Shown: positions 44,937-57,471 of the stretch, piece after piece
Layout of the letters: each line of letters starts with the position of its first letter
Position numbering within the stretch: the first letter of the stretch is position 1
NCBI GenBank assembly: GCA_048772705.1
Contig: JBLWGC010000205.1
Location: 62,001-126,000, forward strand
DNA: 64,000 nt
Reading direction: 5' to 3'
DNA from: Leidyana gryllorum EB-2025a
Taxonomy: Eukaryota; Protista; Apicomplexa
Notes under the pieces: model-generated
The model's input: only the letters and a program-made list of their open reading frames with translations
Database searches by the model: none
What the model was told of the DNA's origin: nothing
Program-made: the position numbers and the translations under genes

Positions 44937-47900
44937 ATGGACTCGCAGCGCAATGATCCTCTGGCCGTGTATAAGGAGTACAAACACCGTTTCAGGAGTC
45001 GATTAAGGAACCAGAAGGCAGAGCGAGCGTCGCGTCTGCATTTGTTGACAATCAGTGGGCAAGAGGTATTGATCACATGGGCGGCCATTCAGCTTATATT
45101 TCATCTCACGACGGGTCTGAATAGTGGCGTGGCAAACGACGGCGCAGTCAGAGGTTATGCGTTTCTCGCTCTGACAGCGGTGCAGTTTCTGGTCTCTTTG
45201 TTGGGTTTCGCTGGTGCCCACTTACTCGGCCAACCTCGAATCGCCTTCTACCTGCTGATCGGTCTCATTCTCTTTAATGCGATATTCCTCCCCATAGCCA
45301 TCTGGTTCCAAGAAGGCGCCTTCGAAGAAGCGACGTGGCTGCACGCATACCAAGTCTTCGCTCTCTCTGGCTACAATTTCCTCCTCCTGTGCAGCCTCTC
45401 CTTCCTCCATTGGATCCTTACTATGATCTGCTTTGCTGTTCGAAAGGATGACCAAGTACTCCGACGGTATATCGTTGAGGCTGCGCGTCTGGGCGTCGCC
45501 CTCAACTCGAATCCTTCCCTTACATCCGCCAAGGTTCTCGCTATCACCGCCATCATCCCTTCAATGACCATTGCTCGTTCCCTCGGCCTCGACAGCCATC
45601 ATCATAACCAACTACACCCTACTCGCAACGCTCAAATTCTCCTACCCCCAATCGCGCAGCACCTACCCTCACCCCATATCAGAAGAGCTGCCGATGCAAC
45701 CAATGAGACGCCCTCCTGGAACTCCACCAACAGGGATGAAAGTATTGTACTCATCACGCTTGACGAATATGCCAAATTACTGGGCCTCCCATGCGCTTGG
45801 GATATGGTGGTCTTCTCTTGTTTTATCGGATATGGACTTCTAATATACCATATCACGTACATAGCCGCTTTTCTCGTTCTACAGTGCCGGAGGTATATCA
45901 AAAAACTCCATCACAGCCATCCACAGCCATATACTTCCCTCCACACGCCCTTCCACCCCTTCACACGCCCCTTCACACACCCCCTATCGGCAGGTCCTTC
46001 GTAACGGCACTCGGAGGGAACTTCCCGGCTCTCTTGAATATGGAGGCTGTGGTGATGAAGTTTGCTGCACAAGAAATCGTCCAATTCCAACGCGTCGCAC
46101 TAAAGTACGGCGGATCAACCTCTTCCGCCGAAGTGGCGGACACTCGCCATCCCGATCTGGCGCGTCTCGTCAGACGAGCGCCCTCCCCTGTGTCATCTCG
46201 CCCATCTTTCCGACGTGAGGCCGTCAGTCGTACTCAAAGATCGATCGTGCTGACAGATCCTGCAGCTGGCGATGATACCTTCCTACCCTCTCCCGGCAGC
46301 ACCCGAAGACTTCTCCTACCAATTCGCAGGGTGGAACAAGTCCAAAGACCCTCAATCTTCCGTGCAGTCTACCACGGACTATCCGTACAGACTGTCTCAC
46401 CTCAACAAGCGCGTTTGTCGTCTCCTCATATCCCAATGTAGGTGATCCTCTCTGTTGGCTTTTGCTTGATCAAAACATCTACCTTGCAGAGGGACTGCAG
46501 CTGATGTGCTCCAGTCAGACAGATCAGTGAATCCTTATGCTGCCCTGATGCTGGACTCCATAGCGGTGGTTCTGGCGCCTGGAGCGGTAAGCACAACACG
46601 CTGATCAAGCCCATTCCTTGAATAATAGCTCGAGTCAGACGAAGATGAGTCCGACCACCATGGCTCCGGAGGGCTGGGTGACGCCGTCACCCGCTTCTTC
46701 AGTGTTCGGCGACGGATCAGCGACGATGCTCTCCTCTCGGAAACTGGCTCTCAGCTTCAAAATAACAGAAGACCATTTGAGCTGGCTTTTGGCGATCGGA
46801 ATGATTCTTTCAGCTCTCAGAGTGATGCAGAGATGTTCCACGCGACGCATCGTTCGTCTGTTTACCAGAGCAGTGCGCAACGTACTATTCGAACAGATCA
46901 ACTCACTCCAAGCCGCAAGTTCATGAAAACTCTCCGGGATGTCAGGGTTTTCATGGCCAATCAGCAGAGTGTTCCGAATACTGCGTCACCACGAGCCGAT
47001 CTGGAGTCCAATGCCAAAGGTTCGGATCTAGACGCCAGGACGACGTCGCTAGTCAGTCACGCCCCCTTGCACTCCGTAAGACCAGCAGTGAATGTTGGAG
47101 TCGGTATGCCTCCGCATCAGGGTGCCAGTGACGCAGATTCCCGGCCCCGATCCCGCAGGACCGTGCTCCGGAATCCTATATCTGACACCAGGTATGAATG
47201 CTTGTTCCGGCGTCTCCGTGTGGGGGCACACACACGTGTGTGCTTCAGAGTGAGTGTGTAAACTTCAACATTTACCCCGTTAGCACCCACTACCTTGGCT
47301 TACGAGGACGCATGGTCGCTCTGACGCAAAAGTTGCGGAAGCGGGTGAGCCTTTGGCGGGCGGCGGCGATGGAACGAAACATGTTTTGCAGACATCGTGT
47401 AGGCGGAAGGGGAAGAATTTGTCGTCGTTCGCGGACTCAGTTGCTCACTCATTCAGTAGCCTCCAAGCTCCACCCCCAGTTCCGTCGTCGACGACGGAAT
47501 TGGGACGAAGCCGTATGTCCCGAAAGACAATGGGAAGTCAGACGGGTCAAAGTCTGCATTCACGTTTGCCTCCGATGAACTGGTCGTCCGGTCGAACGGC
47601 GGAATCGCCGAGTGGATCGGCGTTGGATCAGTTGCAGCATCACCCACACAATCAATCCGCCACGAGGATTTTGTCTTCATATCGTTCTGTGGGTCGTTCG
47701 CCTGATACAGCGTTGACGAACGTGACGACAACGGACGACCGGTCATTCGATGACTTTGGCTCGAGCACGAGCGGGGCTGATTATGACCCAGACGTTGACG
47801 ACATATGGATAGGAGAACAAAGCAGTTCTCGAGGGGGGCAACAATGCGCTCCCTGGTTGCAGAATACGTGGTTAGCTAGAGTGATAAGCCGGTGCAACCA

Positions 47901-50160
47901 GGCGGTAACCCGATTCCTGAAAGCGTTGTTCAACTACATACACTCCGTCTGCCTTGCTCGCGAGATTACGATATTTCCAAGTTCCCGCCGGACGAATATT
48001 GTGAGTGTGAGTGTCCTATTTGATCAGTCGCTCCTCTTTCTGCCTCGCCCTTCCTCCTCTGTTGCTCCCTGTGTATGTGTGTGTGTGTGTGTGTGTGTGC
48101 TGAGCCCTCCCCCACCCCTCGTCTTCCCGAACACCGTGTTTTGAGGCTCGTTGCAGGTGCTGCCGGAACAGTCGGTATTTGGTAACTTTACGAATCGCAA
48201 GTATGAAGGTTGGTACTCGGAATGGTTACAGTCATTCTGTCCGAATCTGATCCACTACATGAGCCGTCCACTGCTGATTTGCACGTTGATTCAGGGCGTC
48301 AACGTGTTGGCCGAGATAATGGCTTTCATACCCCGCGCCGTCCCGGCCCTGAAGGTTCAGGAGGCCCAATGGACTCCGACCGAAGAGACGGACTATGAGA
48401 GTGTCCTCCGACTGGGGGCCGTCTATGTCTCCAACAGACGCTTGGAAGACTGGAATCCCGATATATTGAGGGTAAGGGTGGGATCAAATCAACTGGGCCC
48501 CTCTCTCACATTGTTTTCAAAGCACGTCATAGTATCTACTCTGTCACTGCGCTGTTTCCTGCACATGGCGTTGAACATTGTGATCATTTCGAATATGGAT
48601 TTCTCCAAGAAGTCGACTCTGGGGAGGAGGCTGCAGACGCGGTCGTTACAGGCAGTCCTGGTTCAATACGTATTTGCACTGTTCGATGTGGCGTTCCAGG
48701 CAGTCATTCTGGGCCCTTACACGAGTGCTGGATTCAGAGGACTCCCCAGTACTGTCTACGCCGCGTTTGCCTGCACTCCCATCTACGGTTCGACCTTACG
48801 ACTCGTACCCCTGACCTTTGTGATGTGTATCTTCTTTGCAGCCGTGTGGCTGACCGAAGGCCTTTCCTTTTGGTTGATGAGCATTCTGCTCACCAATTTG
48901 CTCACCAAAATAGCGTTCATGATCGCGGCGCTGGTACTTATCGCCAGGTAAGCCCTTCAAAGTGCCAAGTGTGTGTGTGTGTGGCTGCGTGCCTGTGTGG
49001 CTGTGTGAGTTTGTGAGTGTGTGTGTTACTGATATCGGTGTCGGCACAGAGCATACGACCTGAAGCGGCGACAAATATTCGGGAAATGTGTTCTTCCGTA
49101 TATGATTTATCTCGCGGCGCTCACCGAATGGGTTACGAGCACTGAAGAGAGCCAGAAGCATGCTGGAGAGGTGAGTAAAAGTCTGGGCGTCACGCTGGCT
49201 GATGAGAGTTGGTCGCCGGTTTCTCCCCAATCTTTCCCCTGCCCCCCCAATCGATCCCTTACTTCCCATCTGCCACTGCAGAACGGCTTTTTGTTGACTT
49301 CGGAGGATGGGGGGAGTGACGCGAATAATGACTTCACGCCCCCCGATGGCATTCCCCAGAAGTTTATGAATTGGTCTCAAGATCGGAGTAGAAGCTCACG
49401 CGGGTCGTCTCCCGCTTTCAGTTCCGGTCTGGATGTATCGGGTCGGGTGGCGAGTTTGACGGCGGCAAGCGTTCAGCGTCGCAGGTCTTCGACGACTGTC
49501 CAGCTGAGCAATCAGAATACCCCGCAGACTCTCCAAGTGATAACCCACAATCCCTCTGTCGAGGGTGGCTCACTACGTCACGTACTACCGCGAAGAGCTC
49601 GACGGTCAACGGCTGGTGAAGACAGTCTCCAGCTACTCGACTTCACTTTTGAGAGTGGTTTAGCAGCTGCCAGTTTGAGCTCCGCTGACGAGTATGTGGG
49701 GGCTGGTGGAGATAACGATGGCAACCTCATCGAAGAATTGAGTATGCCCACAGCCGAGGACGATCTTCTGTTACCACGAGATCCATCACTCAACTCACTA
49801 CCCCTCTTGGATGTCGTCTACGAAGCGCAATTAAGCTCGAGGCTTTCTAGCCCAGCACAAAGGGTGTCGGTTGAACCCCCAGACGGAATCAGCACTCTGG
49901 CTCCCGTGGAGACCCCCGTGGCATCGGGCCCTGCGTTGGCCCCGTCTCCTACACCGTTACCTCCTCTGGAGACAGAGCTGGCGCCGCTGGAGTTGCAGCT
50001 TTTCCCAAAAGGGGCCGCTGGCACTCGTAAACAGCTTACTCACCAATTAAGTCTCAGCGACTCGGAAGTCCATGTGAGAGTCAAACCAATAAGAAGTCCG
50101 AGAGCCCGGAAACCCCCCCAGAGGATAAAGGTTCGGATCCCGCTCCATTCGCCCAGATGA
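44937..50160 (+). CDS. Large multi-pass membrane hypothetical protein, multi-exon (possibly more than one gene)
   Basis: Two clusters of hydrophobic helices (about 45060-45900 and 48250-49130) are separated by Ser/Arg-rich loops. GT-AG introns link the ORF fragments. Confidence 0.55.
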
Positions 50161-50620
50161 TCTGAGCGTATCTATGCGCTGGCCCTGCGACAGAGACCTC
50201 CTAGATCGAGACCAGGCAAGGCCAGGCGCCTACCCCAAACAAAATGGAGAATGATATCTAATAAGATGATTGAGGATTGTAAGAATTTGACTATACACCA
50301 CAAGGGAATGCTTTTGAGGACTTGAGGACGGGCGGACGACCAGAGAGAGATTGCTACACACGAGACGAGATCGTTGCACACGAGACGAGACGAGATCTTT
50401 GGTGATGATTGAACATCAGGCCGACCGGTCGGGTCGTGGGACACCGGTCAGGGAGCCGAAAGGCCTCTTACAGCCTTACTCAATTGTGAAATATCCGGTA
50501 GTGAGTGCATGCGTGGAGTGCGCGGTGCATATTATCTTGTCTCCCCTCTTTAGGTAACACACACACACACAGTAGAGACGTGAGCTGTTGGAGGTCGAAC
50601 GTGTTCAAATCGGTATCAAG

Positions 50621-51019
50621 ATGAAACTCGGTGAGATTTAATGTGTTTTGTGATTGAATTGAGGTCGATTGTGCAGGTCAATATCTCTTCGAGCGGATAA
50701 AGCAGGCGGGTGCTGATCACGTGTTTGGGGTCCCGGGTGATTTTAGCATGGCATTGTTGAATGCCGGGCTTAAGTCTAACCTCGAATACATTGGCACGTG
50801 CAATGAATTGAATGCAGCCTACGCCGCTGATGCCTACGCTCGAATTAAGGGTTTGGGTGCGTGTGTGACCACATATGCAGTGGGAGAACTATCCGCGGTT
50901 AACGCTATCGCTGGCGCATTTGCCGAGTCTGTGCCGGTAGTTATGCTTGTGGGGTCTCCGTTGCGTCAGTACTATGAGCATCCGAAGCTGTTGCATCACA
51001 CACTGGGTGACTACAAGGT

Positions 51020-51066
<47 letters not shown>

Positions 51067-52560
51067 TGTGAGTGAGAGAATTGAGCAATATATCTTGGTG
51101 GTTTGTGGGAGTTGCCCAATATATATATATCTCTTCCGTTTGTGCAGATACCTCAAAAGATGTACGAGTCTATAACTGTGGCGAGCTGTTTGTTGGATGA
51201 TGAGAAGACGGCGGTGGCAGAGATAGATCGTGTTTTAGCTGCTTGTTTGCGGGAGAAGAAACCGGTATACATTTCAGTACCGTCTGATATGGCGATGGTG
51301 GATATTGAGCCGCCGAAAGACAAGTTTGAGTTACCTCCATTGGACAAGTCGGACGAGGATACGTTGAAAGAGGCTGTCGATGAGATCATTAGTCATTTGG
51401 CTAAGGCCAAGAAGCCCCTATTGCTTCCCGGAATTGAGTGCATTCGTCGCAACTTGACTGATGAGTTTGCGCAGTTGGTTGACAAGACGAACATTCCTTT
51501 TGCAACGATGATGCTGTGCAAAGGCATCTTGGACGAGGATCACGATCGGTTCATTGGACTCTACAGCGGCGCTCGCTCCCGCACGGAGGTCCAACAGCGC
51601 GTCCAGCAGGCCGATGTGATATTGGTTTTCGGCGAGAAGTACACCGACTTCAACACTGGCGGATTCACGGCCGGCCTCACCCACCAAAACTCCATCTACA
51701 TCGACTGGAACTGTGTTCGAGTCAACAATCACTATTTCCACAACATTTACATCCACGATGTGCTGAAAAAGTTGGTCCAGGAGGCGCCCTCGTTCGATCC
51801 CAACGATCTACCCGTCTCCAAAGGCAAGGATCACTGCGCCCATCGACCAGAACTCGTCTTCAAGAAGGAGGGAAATACAAAGCTCACCATGGACCGCTTC
51901 TTCAAGCGTATGGCCACTCTTTTCAAGGACAAAGCAATTGTAATGGCCGAGACCGGCGCCTCCCTATTCTCAGCCGCTGAAACCAAACTGCCCCACAAAG
52001 CCACCTTCATGACTCAGACGTTCTACGGATCCATCGGTAAGACACACAGAAAACCCCAATTCACTCCACTTCGACCTCAGGATATACTGTTGGCGCCTGT
52101 TTGGGGGCCTGCATTGCTGTCAAGGACAAACCCGATGTCCCTGTCTATCTATTCGTCGGAGATGGCTCCTTCCAGGTCACTGGCCAAGATCTCTCTACAA
52201 TGATTCGCTACGGCTGCAAACCCAACATATTCATCATCAACAACGACGGGTACACCATCGAACGTACCATCTACGACAATGTCTACAACGACATTCAAAT
52301 GTGGAAGTGAGTCCATAGACACCATACTCACACACACACTTACTAACTCCAGATATGCCGACCTCCCAGAGATTTTCGGTGGAACAAAGGGGGCCAAATG
52401 CCAAACAGAAGAAGAATTGGAACGCGCAATTGAGCGTTTCGAGGCAGATAAAGAATCTAGCGCTCGAGTATATGAAATTGTGTTAGACCGCTGGGATTGC
52501 AACAAGCTCCTCATTGCTGCTGGGAAGCTCATGGCCAAAAACAACAAACTCGACCAGTGA
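50621..52560 (+). CDS. PDC: Pyruvate decarboxylase / 2-oxoacid decarboxylase (TPP-dependent), multi-exon
   Basis: MKLG|[51 protein letters not shown] and the TPP motif GDGSFQVT...[10 protein letters not shown]. Confidence 0.93.
51022..51060. repeat. (GT)n microsatellite in PDC intron
   Basis: Perfect GT dinucleotide run. Confidence 0.95.
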
Positions 52561-52596
52561 TGGACAATTTAGAGATTGTGATCAAACAAACAAAGG

Positions 52597-55500
52597 ATGG
52601 ACGGCGGAGTTGAAAAACCTGGATGCCTACCAGCTGGCGATCCGCACAATGTTATGTTGTCACAAGTAGCTTGCCTCACTGCCAGCGACGGGACACCCCT
52701 CATGCCTGGCCAGATGTTGCCCATAAATGTCGGCCCACCTGTAATCCGGCCATATATAGGGGGAGGGGGAGCCGCCCCTAATGCTGCCTCCTCACCACAA
52801 CAACTCCATCTCGCGCCGGAGGACATGCACTCGCCACTCATGCCTTCCCGCTCAACCACCGGCGCCCAGATGGAACTCCGTCGCCCACCGCCCCTCGCCG
52901 CAGCGTCCCTCGGCCTCTCCGACTTCAAGTCTGTCATCCTCGTCCTCCACAAGCTCACTGGACTCGATCGCTCTTTCTTGGGCGAGGTAAGACTCCGCCC
53001 TGTAATAAGATCGCCCACATCTTTCCTTCAAAGCGACGCTTGCTCTGTATGGTGACCTTTGGGTCGAGTCAGGTCCGCACGAGTATGATTTCTGCCCCGT
53101 CAGGCGACTCCGACGAGTTGGTCCTGGGCTTCATCATCAGACTGCCGCTGCCTCCCACACTGGATCAGCCACTAATGTGAGTACCCCTTCATAATAAACT
53201 AAATCAATCTATCGTAATCCAATCTAATACAGTATAAGCATGCAAGACTCCATCTCCAAGGCCATCGTAGCCCAAGGACAGCTCGATCCCGCGACCTTCC
53301 CGCTCAAAGCCGACATTGCTATCAGTGACACACACGTAAGAGCGAGCGCGACCACACGCGTGTGCGTCAGGAGACATATGGTCTTTGCAGCTACATCCCC
53401 GCGGATGCCTCAAGTATCACTTGCAGCTCATCCATCAACCGACTGGATCTGCATCAGTCCAGCGGATGGCAAGCATTCCTCACCCGACTGACCAGCCACA
53501 ACAGTCGCAACATACTCCCGTTATGGCTATTCCGGCAGCTACCACTAATGTGCCCGGGCTTCGTATGCCACCCATGCGGCAGACCTTGTCCCCAGAGGAG
53601 TTTGCACAGGGTCAGACCATGTTGTACCGTCCTCCTGAGGTTTCTCAGCCACCGATCTCGTCATTTCAGATGGCCACTCCACTGGCTTCGGGTATCGGAA
53701 GCATGAGTAGTGGTGGTTTACCACCATTGAATGCCGGTCCTCCGCCGTCCCTGTTGAGCTCGAGTGGGCCACCAGTGATGCCTGGATACCGGGTTGAGAA
53801 CTACGCTGAGTTGGGTAGAGGGGCCATTCCCGCATCCCCTCAGTACGCCTATCCGCCAAACAGCGCGCGTGTGACACGACATGTGGCGGATTCCACTTTT
53901 TCAGAGATATCGTTGGGGCCAACGACACCACCGCGGTATTTGAATCAGGCTTACATTAATTCCATGAACACTCGAGGTTCCATAGAGAATAACACGACGA
54001 GCAGTTGGGACCGTCGTAGTCACCATCGTGCGGCCTCGGAAGGCGTCACGGTGGGGGGGCGACGGGTGTTCACCCAGCGAGGAGGGGTGATGGCTGGATC
54101 AGGTGGGATGACGGTGACTGGAAGCAGCAGTCGTCCGACGGCATTCTCGTCTACGTATCTGAAGCGTGAAGACGGGACTCTCCAGGCAATGCCCCACATG
54201 CGTACGAGTCCACTGGGGGTATCTGTGATAGAGAGACTGGGCCAACCGAACCGCAACAGCGTTGGTTCCATAACCGGCGGCGGTGTGGGAGGAGCGGGTT
54301 CTCGGCGTTCAGTGTTACCGGCGCCGATAACAGTGATGAGAGGCGAAGCGAGTGTGACTTCGACGCTTCCCAAGTTGGGGGACACTCTGCAGATCAGCGA
54401 AATACCGCTTCACATGCTTCAGTGTCCTCCTTTGTGTGAGACGGACATTTCGGAGCTGTTGAGTCGTCTGAGTGTCGGAATGAGTGAAGAAGGAGGGCCT
54501 GCGACGGTGGTTCACCCGTTCCGTTCTTTGAGTATTCGATTGGATTCATTGGATGCGATACTGAGTTCCGGCGGCATTTGTTCATTGATGTTGCGTGAGA
54601 ATGGGATCGATTCGTCTGACATTGTCAAATTGCGGGCCCGGACGGAGGAGGAGGAGGTGACAGGCGGCACGATACCCACTTTGATTATCCCTGTTGACTT
54701 TCACGGACACAACTTGGAGCTGAGGATCACTTTGTTATTGGGCACAGAGTGTGGGTCGGTTGATATTCCTCTCCACGGACTCTTACGTCATGGCCAAGTC
54801 ACCCTCACGGGGGGCGCTGAGCTGACGGGTGGTCTTCTCCGTCATCGTCTGCTCTTCTCGCTGCGGTTTCTGCCGTTGCCAGTGCACGCGCCGGTGTTGA
54901 TGAGGCCCGAGTCCAAGTATTTGGTATCGATAATCCCGAGTCTGTCGGCCTCTTCCACTGGAGGCGGGTTCCAGCATCCCTCCCATCCGGCGTCTCACTC
55001 GGCTGCACAGCTGCAGCACATCACACCAACGGTTGTGGAGCACCACGCCGGGATCGCCACGGGACCGATGGCTCTGCGTAGTGCTCGAAGTGAGAGTGTA
55101 ATGTCGAATGAGGATCAGGGGAGTGTGACTGGGAAGGGCGGGAACTGGAATCATTTGGTGGTGACAGTGCGGTCCATTGACGACTCGGCTAACCCCATTC
55201 CAATGGAAATCGAAGGTGTGACTACGAAGGATTTGTACTGTAAGGTGTCTCTCGGTACCACAACAGCCCTAAGGGCCCGATTCGTCAATTGGAGACAGGA
55301 GGGCAAGAAACTACCCGACTTTGAGTTTGAACATAAAGGCGAACGAGTGCTCAAACTGTCGCTCGTTGGAACCGACCCCAACAGCAAAGTGAACCTCGGA
55401 GTGTGCAGAATCGACCTTCACGCTCTCTCGAGGACCGGAAGGGCGTACTTCCGCGGACGCGTTCCGGTAATAAAGGCAGGGCGGTTGGTGTGACAATAAT

Positions 55501-56271
55501 GTTTTACTCTTGCAGCTGGCGGGCCACGCGTCCTTCCCGAACGCGCCGTTCCTCAATTTGGTGTTCAAGTTTGGCTACAAAGCCACGGACGGGACTGAGG
55601 GAGAGACGATTCCCAGAAACCCCAAAAGTGCGACCTCCTGGCGCCACGCGCTGGAGGGTTGCACACACTTCCAATTCACTATCCATAAGATCTCATCCAA
55701 GGATCTGTCCCTGTTGAGATCGGTGAGTGGGGCAATAGTATCAATTATCATTCGTATTGGAATTGTTGCGCAGTCCTTTTGCATCAGACTGAGCTGCGGC
55801 TCGTTCCGGTACAAGACGACTCGGCTGGAACTGCCGCCTGCCGCCGCTGGAGATAAAATCAATGAGTTCAATGGTCCAATCACTTTGGAGGCTGAAGTAA
55901 CTCCGGAGCTGCTGGACACTCTGGAATTGAAACCATTTGTGTAAGTCTCCCTCCCAAGTGTCTGTCTGGCGGAACCTCACTGTCTTGTCAGGGTGTGTAT
56001 CTATGTCAAGCTGGACAGCCAGGCTGTTACGTCCGGCTCGCACGTGGCGTATCAATTTTTCCGTCTGTCCCCAAGTCACTTTGCCATACCGAGTCCGCCT
56101 CCTCGGTCCTACACTGGGGAACAAGAGGTAACGAACGCTGGCTGTGGTATTGTGGGGAAACACACAATTTTCTCATTGACAGATGACCATTGCTCAGGAT
56201 ATAAGCTCGACGGAGCCCAGGTGTACTATGCAGTACACTATGTTTGCGTCCTCCAAGCGTTAGAACTGTAG
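52597..56271 (+). CDS. Multi-C2-domain-like protein with Pro-rich linker, multi-exon
   Basis: C2-like beta segments SVILVLHKLTGL, HLVVTVRSIDD...DLYCKVSLG...LGVCRIDL. Confidence 0.55.
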
Positions 56272-56388
56272 TCCACGAACCTTCGCGCCCCCGCGGGCAG
56301 TCAGTCCTCTATTTCTTGTGTGATGAATGAGTCTCAGCGTGTATCGACCCCCCAAATGTCGCCACAAATTTTCTCCTCCAGATACAGA

Positions 56389-57354
56389 ATGATGACCTTA
56401 CCTCCTGCATCCGAGCACCACCAGCCGCAGACTCATACGCACTCCCCCACTCAGACTGGAACTTCAGTCATCGGTGTTCGATATAAGGATGGAATCCTTC
56501 TGGCCTGTGACACCTTGGGTAAGAATCGAATCCCCCGCCACCGCCGCCACTATCCTTTTTCAGTCTCCTACGGACACGGCAAACGCTATCAATCCGTCCA
56601 GAGATTCTTTCCTATCGGCAACAATATGGTTTTAACGGGTTCTGGTGATCACTCCGATCTCCAACACATATGTGGCCTCCTCAAAAGTATCAAGTGAGAC
56701 TCGAAATCTCCTCAAATATCCACACAAACGCCATCAGTCTTCGGGACGTTGTCATCAATGACGGCAACAGCATCTCCACGCGGGCGCTCCACAGCTATCT
56801 CACACGAGTACTCTACGAGAGGAGGAACAAAATGGATCCTCTCTGGGGCACATTCGTCCTGGCTGGCAGAGACCGCAATGATTCTTTGTGAGCCAATTGT
56901 CGATCCACCAACACATCCTCAACCCACACAGCTTCTTAGGATCAGCCGATATGTGGGGAACGGCACTTCGCGATGAGCCATATATCGCCACATCTATTTC
57001 GTCGTACATGGCTATGCCTCACCTCCGTCTGGAAGCCCGTCCCGATATGACTGAAGAGTGAGTGACTTCAGTCTCAACTAAGACTCACACTACTCTGCCT
57101 TGCAGACAAGCCCGCTCGCTTCTGATGCGGTGTCTGACTATCGGCGCTGGAGTCGATATGTCTCAGTCCCAGGAAGTCCAGTTCACCAAAGTTAGCTCCG
57201 AGGGCGTTGTTGTGGAGACTCCTATTATTGTAACTCCCAATTGGTACGTTCCATCCCTCCGTTCCCACTCTACATTACCAATCCTCCTCACAGGGACCGT
57301 CAAGACTTTGTCAAGTCGCGCTTAGCTATGCCGCTGTGCTCTTATCCATACTGA
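56389..57354 (+). CDS. PSMB4: 20S proteasome subunit beta type-4 (beta7/Pre4), multi-exon
   Basis: PTQTGTSVIGVRYKDG, DTL.SYG, SGDHSDLQ and YLTRVLYERRNKMDPLW. The last exon ends at TGA 57352-57354. Confidence 0.9.
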
Positions 57355-57471
57355 TGAATGATGAAATGTGTTTCTAATATGGATCGACACAGACAGATTG
57401 ACTCATCGCTCGCTCCTGCCTTTCTTGAACTCGCAACAAATGCTAGCTTTTGAATAATAGGTGCACTTGGT

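Noticed and set aside
57342-57354. Coding overlap between proteasome beta-7 and the SUN gene
   Set aside because: The SUN gene more plausibly ends at 57472 in a different frame.
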